From a virus (Duplodnaviria; Caudoviricetes): a stretch of DNA of 41,117 bases. Below the pieces are notes generated by a model. That model made no database searches. It was not told the origin of the DNA and worked only from the letters and a program-made list of their open reading frames with translations. Position numbers and translations under genes: made by a program. The stretch spans positions 1-41,117 of IMG/VR virus record IMGVR_UViG_3300020045_006334; one strand, 5' to 3'. Each line of letters opens with the position of its first letter. Position 1 is the stretch's first letter. Positions 35,498 through 41,117 of the stretch are shown here, piece after piece.

Positions 35498-38400
35498 ATG
35501 AAAGTACCTAAATTATTTGATCGCTTCATTGGAGGAATTTCTGATTTCAGGCACGAAAACATGGTTGCTGATGCCTATTATTTTGGACGTTCAGTTGATG
35601 TTCGTTCTGAACCTCATCATGTAGGAGTTTTACCCAGAACAATTAAAGAGTCTGGTACTGTTATTACCGATCTTCCTAAATGGGGAGAAGTATATCAAGC
35701 TACAATGGATGTCTATTTTTATGGTAATACAGGAAATATATATAAAAGGACTTCGGCACGCTCATACTCACTTTTGCGTTCAGTAGCTAACTCTCATGGA
35801 AATGGACTTGTCTACTCAGCCGAGGACGATTTCCTTTACTACCCAACAGATAAATACATAGGTAGATATGGCCCACTATCAGGAACGGCTACTTTTGTAG
35901 ATGATTTCTTTGGTTCACAAGGAGGAGTGCCACTTAATACCAATTCCTTAGACTTGGAAGCCTCATCTTCTCAGTATGCTTCAAGAGCAGATACCGCCTC
36001 ACTTTCAATTACAGGAGACCTTAGTATTGACTGTCAGATTAAACCTGAAAGTCTACCTGCTAACGGTGCAACAATGACCCTAGTGTCAAAGTGGACGGAA
36101 AATGGTAATTTAAGGTCGTATAAATTCGGAATAGGAACGGTATCAAACTACTTCGGAGATGGGTCAGATGGAGCTTTAACTATTGCTGCCGATACTACAG
36201 AAGCCCCCATTGACTCAGCCTGTACGGGAACTGTCGGAACTTACGCCTTAACTGCGACTAATACTAGCTTTGCCGCAAATCAGATAATTTTAATTCACCA
36301 AACTCAAGGAACTGGAGCTGGAACTTGGCAAAAGAATACTATTTCTTCTTATACCGCAGGAACAATTAATACTCTTTATCCTTTAAATGCTACATATTCA
36401 ACTGGTGCTCAAGTGAGAGTCTTAAAGCAATACACTAATGTAACTATAAATTCGGGTAAAACTTATACTGCTAAAGCTTGGAATGGAACGGTAGGTGGAA
36501 TTATTGGATGGATTGCTAATGGAACAACAACTATTACAGGAACAGTAAGTTCTAAAGGTAAGGGATTTAGGGGTGGAATTGCTGGGTATACAGGTTCAAC
36601 ACATAAAGGAGTCCAAGGTGAAAGTTCTATTGGAACTGGGTCAGAAAGTTATTCTGCTAATGGATCAGGTGGCGGTGGAGGTGGAGGAACTACTGATGGT
36701 GGAGCTGGCGGAGGTGGAGGATCACACTCTACAGTTGGATTTACTGCTCCTAATAGAACTAATGCTGGAGGAACTACTGGAGGATCTGGTGCTATTTTAA
36801 TTATTGGAAACGCAGAATTAACTACTTTAAATTTTGGTGGAGCTGGTGGAGGTGGAGGTGCTGATGACTCTACAAGTAACCCTGGTCCTGCTATTGGGGG
36901 AAATGGAGGAGGGGCAGTTGTTATCTTCTCGAATATAACAATACTTTCTGGTTTGATAACATCTGATGGAAATGATGGTATTAACAATGATGGAACCTCA
37001 GATTGTCAAGGTGGGGGTGGTGCTGGTGGCTCTGTTTTAATAAAGTCAATTACAGCTACACTCGGAACAAATCTTATAACTGTAGCTGGTGGCTTTGGTG
37101 GAAGAACAGATTGGGATCAGGGGGGTCCAGGTGGTTATGCTGGAACAGGAAGAATAAACATTGATTATTTTACTTCATATACTGGTTCAACAACCCCTAC
37201 ACTTAATTCGGTACAAGATAATAATTTAGGAATTGCTAATGGATATTCTCTTTTTCTGTCTGTTTCTTCTAATGGTACAAATGTAGAAACATTAACTAGA
37301 CCGTGTAATTTAATATTGTCTAAATGGCAACAAGTAGGAGTCTCTTGGGATGCCTCAGCTTCTACAGCAACATTTTATCTTAATGCAATTTCTCTAGGAA
37401 CAGCAACAGGCACTTTAACTGCAATTAGCGATAATGCCTCAGTATTTAACATAGGAATGGATTTAGACGGTTCAAGTGCTGCCCAACATTTTTATGACGG
37501 TCTAATAGACGAAACAAGGGTATACAACACTATTCTTTCAGCTGATGACTTCCTATATGGAATTAATACTCAAATTCCTGTCAATTCTGTAGGATTACAA
37601 GGATATTGGAAGTTTAACGGAGATTACACAGACTCAACGGCTAATGCTAATAATTTAACCGCTTCAGGTACTCCTGTATTTAGTATTGACGTTCCCTATC
37701 CATCTCCTACTACTCGGTTAGATATTGATTTGACAGCTACAACTACAGGAAATACCTACACCACTCCTCTAGCAATTTCCGAAGCAGCAGGGGATAGATT
37801 AACGATTACTCCTACAAAAGACCCTCAAAAATCAGTCGCTTTCTTAATTGCGGCAGTAGGTACTGGTAACTGGACAGTAACCGTACATGATACATTTAAT
37901 AACGTAATTGCGACCTCTACAGTAGTTAATGCTCTATTACATACTGGATATTACGAATTTGTTTATTCAAGTGTTTGGCGACCTTTAACTAATTTTACTA
38001 ACGAATATCATTTTCATATTACTTCTACCGTAGCAGATGGAACAGTTACTTGCACCACGGCTTCAAATTTAACTACCGTTTCATATCGGACATATTTTCA
38101 ATTCTTAATCGAAGATACAGAGTGGCATCCAGCTGCTAGATTTCTTAATTTTTTAGTCTTTGGTAATGAAAGATATTTAGCCAAGTATGAAGCTCCGTTA
38201 TATGAACCTAATAAAATAGTTTTTGGAGCAGGTTGGAGAGTGAGGTGTTTTTCTTATTGGCAAGAATATTTAGCCATAGGATGTATGAAGGGATCGAATA
38301 TTTATGATTTCGATCAAGGAAGGGTTTATTTTTGGGATGGTTATTCTCCTACATTCAATTTCTATATTGATGTTCCCGAAGGGGGTATTAACGCTCTTTT

Positions 38401-39136
38401 AGGTACTCGTGGTTCACTTTATATTTGGGCTGGATATCATGCAGATTTACTATCGTATACGGGAGGTTCTCAAGCTAAAAAACTTAAAGAAGTACCCTTA
38501 TTGCTTCCTCAAGATTATGCCGAGGTTTATCCTGGGGCAGTTGCTATGTGGATGGCTAATCCCAGATATGGTTTGGCAGGTAACTCAAATTCAGCAGAAA
38601 TCCAAAAAGGAGTCTATACCTGGGGTTCAACTAATTATAGATATGAGGATATTCTTACCTACGATTACCCAATTTCTACTTCATCTCTAAGTGGAGATAA
38701 TTTAAAAATAGGTATGATTTTACCTGTTAATCAAGAACTTTTAATTGGTTGGCAAGATGGAGTAGCTTATGGAATGGATTATGTAAACGTCGCTAATGAT
38801 CCATATCCAACAGCGACAATTGAAATGTTAATTGAAGACTTAGATGTTCCTTATAAACAAAAGGAAGCCGTCTTGCTCGTTGCCAATTTTGACTCACTAA
38901 GTTCAGGATGTAGTGTACAAGTTAAATACATGAATGACGAGACAGATACTGCTTTTCATACTAATCCCGACTCGCCAGTCGCAGGGGATACACTAACTAG
39001 AATGAATATTAGTGCTGGTCGTTACAATCATATTATGGTAGCTATGGATTTAATCTCATCAGGGGCTAATCATCCAACAGTTAAAAGTTTTGTTCTTATG
39101 AGTGACAATTTAGAAACCGAAGATGTAACAGGATGA
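35498..39136 (+). CDS. putative tail tubular B / stabilisation protein with inserted LamG-like and Gly-rich domains
   Basis: Beta-propeller-like termini (YLAIG, VYFWDG); LamG motifs WQQVGVSWD and YDGLIDETRVYN; poly-Gly core. Confidence 0.7.
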   Translation: MKVPKLFDRFIGGISDFRHENMVADAYYFGRSVDVRSEPHHVGVLPRTIKESGTVITDLPKWGEVYQATMDVYFYGNTGNIYKRTSARSYSLLRSVANSHGNGLVYSAEDDFLYYPTDKYIGRYGPLSGTATFVDDFFGSQGGVPLNTNSLDLEASSSQYASRADTASLSITGDLSIDCQIKPESLPANGATMTLVSKWTENGNLRSYKFGIGTVSNYFGDGSDGALTIAADTTEAPIDSACTGTVGTYALTATNTSFAANQIILIHQTQGTGAGTWQKNTISSYTAGTINTLYPLNATYSTGAQVRVLKQYTNVTINSGKTYTAKAWNGTVGGIIGWIANGTTTITGTVSSKGKGFRGGIAGYTGSTHKGVQGESSIGTGSESYSANGSGGGGGGGTTDGGAGGGGGSHSTVGFTAPNRTNAGGTTGGSGAILIIGNAELTTLNFGGAGGGGGADDSTSNPGPAIGGNGGGAVVIFSNITILSGLITSDGNDGINNDGTSDCQGGGGAGGSVLIKSITATLGTNLITVAGGFGGRTDWDQGGPGGYAGTGRINIDYFTSYTGSTTPTLNSVQDNNLGIANGYSLFLSVSSNGTNVETLTRPCNLILSKWQQVGVSWDASASTATFYLNAISLGTATGTLTAISDNASVFNIGMDLDGSSAAQHFYDGLIDETRVYNTILSADDFLYGINTQIPVNSVGLQGYWKFNGDYTDSTANANNLTASGTPVFSIDVPYPSPTTRLDIDLTATTTGNTYTTPLAISEAAGDRLTITPTKDPQKSVAFLIAAVGTGNWTVTVHDTFNNVIATSTVVNALLHTGYYEFVYSSVWRPLTNFTNEYHFHITSTVADGTVTCTTASNLTTVSYRTYFQFLIEDTEWHPAARFLNFLVFGNERYLAKYEAPLYEPNKIVFGAGWRVRCFSYWQEYLAIGCMKGSNIYDFDQGRVYFWDGYSPTFNFYIDVPEGGINALLGTRGSLYIWAGYHADLLSYTGGSQAKKLKEVPLLLPQDYAEVYPGAVAMWMANPRYGLAGNSNSAEIQKGVYTWGSTNYRYEDILTYDYPISTSSLSGDNLKIGMILPVNQELLIGWQDGVAYGMDYVNVANDPYPTATIEMLIEDLDVPYKQKEAVLLVANFDSLSSGCSVQVKYMNDETDTAFHTNPDSPVAGDTLTRMNISAGRYNHIMVAMDLISSGANHPTVKSFVLMSDNLETEDVTG

Positions 39137-39417
39137 TAACAGAAGAAGAAATAACTAAAATTAAAGATGAGTTTAAAAGATTAAATGATCGAGTAGAGTT
39201 TTTGGAGTCAAAAAGGCTGACACAACAAGATTTTCTCCCAGACGTAGTAAAAATGCGAATGATTGGTGAAGGAGTACGATATATCAGAAGTGGATTAGAA
39301 GCAGACCTTCCTATTGCTGAGTCTCCCATGCAAGGAAGTTCCGTTTATTGGGCGACAGATACAGGTAAACTTTACATTTATGACGGATCAGCATGGTTAT
39401 CAACTACCCTATCATGA
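39133..39417 (+). CDS. small virion protein
   Basis: YWATDTGKLYIYDGSAW motif. Confidence 0.6.
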   Translation: MITEEEITKIKDEFKRLNDRVEFLESKRLTQQDFLPDVVKMRMIGEGVRYIRSGLEADLPIAESPMQGSSVYWATDTGKLYIYDGSAWLSTTLS

Positions 39418-39419
39418 AG

Positions 39420-39471
39420 TGCTATAATTATCACAGGCTATATATGTCACCTAAAGGGTGGCTATTTTATT
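39420..39471 (+). promoter_or_regulatory. extended -10 promoter plus leader hairpin (cassette 4)
   Basis: TGcTATAAT, 12 nt, TATAT, gtcacc-taaag-ggtggc, tattttatt. Confidence 0.6.
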
Positions 39472-39479
39472 AAAAAAAT

Positions 39480-40217
39480 ATGACAGAACCTAATCTCAAC
39501 GAACTCACGGATACAACAGCAAGACAGAAAGCAGCAACTCAAGAACTTTTAACTGGTCAAAACGCTCTTTCGTCTGACTTTTTAAAACGATATACAGGAG
39601 CGATTGGTAGTCAGGAAACTTCTAGTGCTATGGCTGAAAGGTTAGGAAAAGAATTGGGTATTCCTACCCTTCAAGCTAATGCCACTATGCTTAGGAATAC
39701 CATGACTAATCTTCCGAGTACCTACAGTAAAGCCATGACAGGATTTGATGTAAATGCCAATCAGTTAGCCCGTGTAATAGGTCAAAAAAGCTCTGAACTA
39801 GCTCCAGCACTAACTACAGCAGAAAGTTCTTTAAGTACCGCACAAGGCAATCTAGGGACTCGTATGGGGTATGAAACTGCTGACCAAGCCAAACAACTAC
39901 TTCCATATTCTGTAGAACAATCTCAATTAAATGACAGATTAGCTCGTGAAACAACTTTATATACCCAGGATAACACTAACGAATTAAATGCCCTAATTCA
40001 AAAAATAAATGCTGGTGTGACTTTGAGTGAGGGGGAGAAAAATAGAGCACAACAACTTGCTATATCTGAGAAAAATTACGAGTTAGAAAAAAAGAAACTA
40101 GACCAAAATCAAAATCAATTTAATAGTACCCAAGCAGGTAGAGCACCAGTCAGTACTACGTCGGGTGACTGGATGTATGACTCTACTAGCGGTCAGTGGG
40201 TTCCAATATATGATTAA
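39480..40217 (+). CDS. putative ejection/pilot protein
   Basis: Helical Q/A/T/L-rich sequence; follows the tail genes. Confidence 0.55.
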   Translation: MTEPNLNELTDTTARQKAATQELLTGQNALSSDFLKRYTGAIGSQETSSAMAERLGKELGIPTLQANATMLRNTMTNLPSTYSKAMTGFDVNANQLARVIGQKSSELAPALTTAESSLSTAQGNLGTRMGYETADQAKQLLPYSVEQSQLNDRLARETTLYTQDNTNELNALIQKINAGVTLSEGEKNRAQQLAISEKNYELEKKKLDQNQNQFNSTQAGRAPVSTTSGDWMYDSTSGQWVPIYD

Positions 40218-41117
40218 ATGAGATACTATAGTCGCAGTCTAGGACAATTTGTAGAAGGAGAACCACCCGCAAAATCTGGTGTATCTGGTTATATAAATCC
40301 AGTAACTTCTACTGACAATATATCAAATAATATCACCACGTCAGTTGCTCAAAAACCAATAGTTACACCCAGTACGCAACAATATATTCAAAATAATACT
40401 TCAACTATTACCGACCCTGAAGAAGAAGTAAGAACAAGTTTACCACAATCATTTACTGAAAAAGTTGGTCAGGGAGTGTTTAATTTTGGTAAAGCTGTTT
40501 TGACTCCATTTGTAAACACTGCTAGAAATATCATTGGGACTCCGATTGCTTTAGCAGCTTTAACCGAAAAAGGAAAAGATAAGGGTGTTATTGAAAAACT
40601 AGCAGAAGCTGTCTTGCCACCAATAGCCTCACAAGACACAAAGAAAAACCTAGTCAAACAGATTCAGGACAGTGCAAATGTTGCTTCTTATTCAATTCCG
40701 TTTGGTAAAGGTACAAATGTAGCAACTAAAACATTACTCCCAGGTGCGGGTGTTGGTGCTACACAATCATTTTCACAAACAGATTTATCTAAACCTAAAA
40801 CAGCAGCAAAAGAAATTTTAGGTGGAGCTGTAATGGGTGCAGGAACAGCTGGATTATTAGAAGGTTTAGGTTTCCTCAAAAAATTAGGAGGGAAAAGCCT
40901 TGAAAAATCTGGTGAAAAAATAATGAACCAGGTTTTTAAAGAACCGATTAAAGCAACTAAAGCTGGAGTTAAAACGGGAGAAACATTAGGTCAAAAAGCT
41001 TTAGCAAAGGGAGAATTTGGAAGTACAGAAAAAATATATGCTGGAGCGTTAAATAAATCTCAAGAGTTAGAAAGTAAACTAGAACAGGAATTGGTTAATA
41101 GTAATGGAGTTGTGAAT
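40218..41117 (+). CDS. N-terminal part of the ~888-aa putative ejection protein (continues through the junction to 1888)
   Basis: ATG at 40218 (MRYYSRSLGQF...), open to the end of the window and in frame with 2..1888; missed by the ORF track. Confidence 0.85.
   Translation, partial: MRYYSRSLGQFVEGEPPAKSGVSGYINPVTSTDNISNNITTSVAQKPIVTPSTQQYIQNNTSTITDPEEEVRTSLPQSFTEKVGQGVFNFGKAVLTPFVNTARNIIGTPIALAALTEKGKDKGVIEKLAEAVLPPIASQDTKKNLVKQIQDSANVASYSIPFGKGTNVATKTLLPGAGVGATQSFSQTDLSKPKTAAKEILGGAVMGAGTAGLLEGLGFLKKLGGKSLEKSGEKIMNQVFKEPIKATKAGVKTGETLGQKALAKGEFGSTEKIYAGALNKSQELESKLEQELVNSNGVVN
40997..41117. repeat. 121-bp direct terminal repeat, right copy
   Basis: Identical to 1-121. Confidence 0.97.

Noticed and set aside
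36649-36987. Pro-rich minus-strand ORF
   Set aside because: Antisense shadow of poly-Gly codons.
1-41117. Stop-codon reassignment, DGR/retron, CRISPR array, tRNA genes
   Set aside because: Core genes are intact under code 11 with all three stops used. I saw no reverse transcriptase motif, repeat-spacer array or tRNA cloverleaf by eye; this was not checked computationally.

Overview
The window is an apparently complete, circularly assembled tailed-phage genome of about 40,996 bp. Bases 1-121 are repeated exactly at 40997-41117, and one ORF runs across the junction. It has two divergent arms. The minus-strand 'early' arm (3909-13242) holds many small hypothetical genes, three HNH-type proteins, two C5-cytosine methyltransferases and a Zn-ribbon protein with an SSB-like tail. 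The plus-strand 'late' arm (13977 through the junction to 3912) runs groES - HNH - groEL, HNH-AP2, terminase, portal, scaffold, major capsid, decoration/adhesin proteins, tail-tube-like proteins, ejection-like proteins and a CHAP lysis module. No tape-measure or sheath gene is evident, so it looks podovirus-like. I recognised no integrase, polymerase, helicase or primase. Canonical sigma70 promoters combined with no Shine-Dalgarno sites and many leaderless starts suggest a Patescibacteria (CPR)-like host (inference). The main leads are: (1) a repeated 'promoter - fixed spacer - TATA(T) - terminator hairpin' cassette in front of four late genes, a candidate attenuation/antitermination system; (2) a leaderless antisense membrane peptide hidden inside the ejection gene; (3) a ~0.6 kb ORF-free, strand-specifically structured RNA region with a pseudoknot/terminator switch and a purine tract; (4) a split methyltransferase whose second subunit is nested out of frame; (5) a full GroEL/GroES pair in a small phage; (6) Ser-Pro stalk proteins and a nested-domain tail protein. 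All calls come from reading motifs by eye; no searches or folding programs were run.
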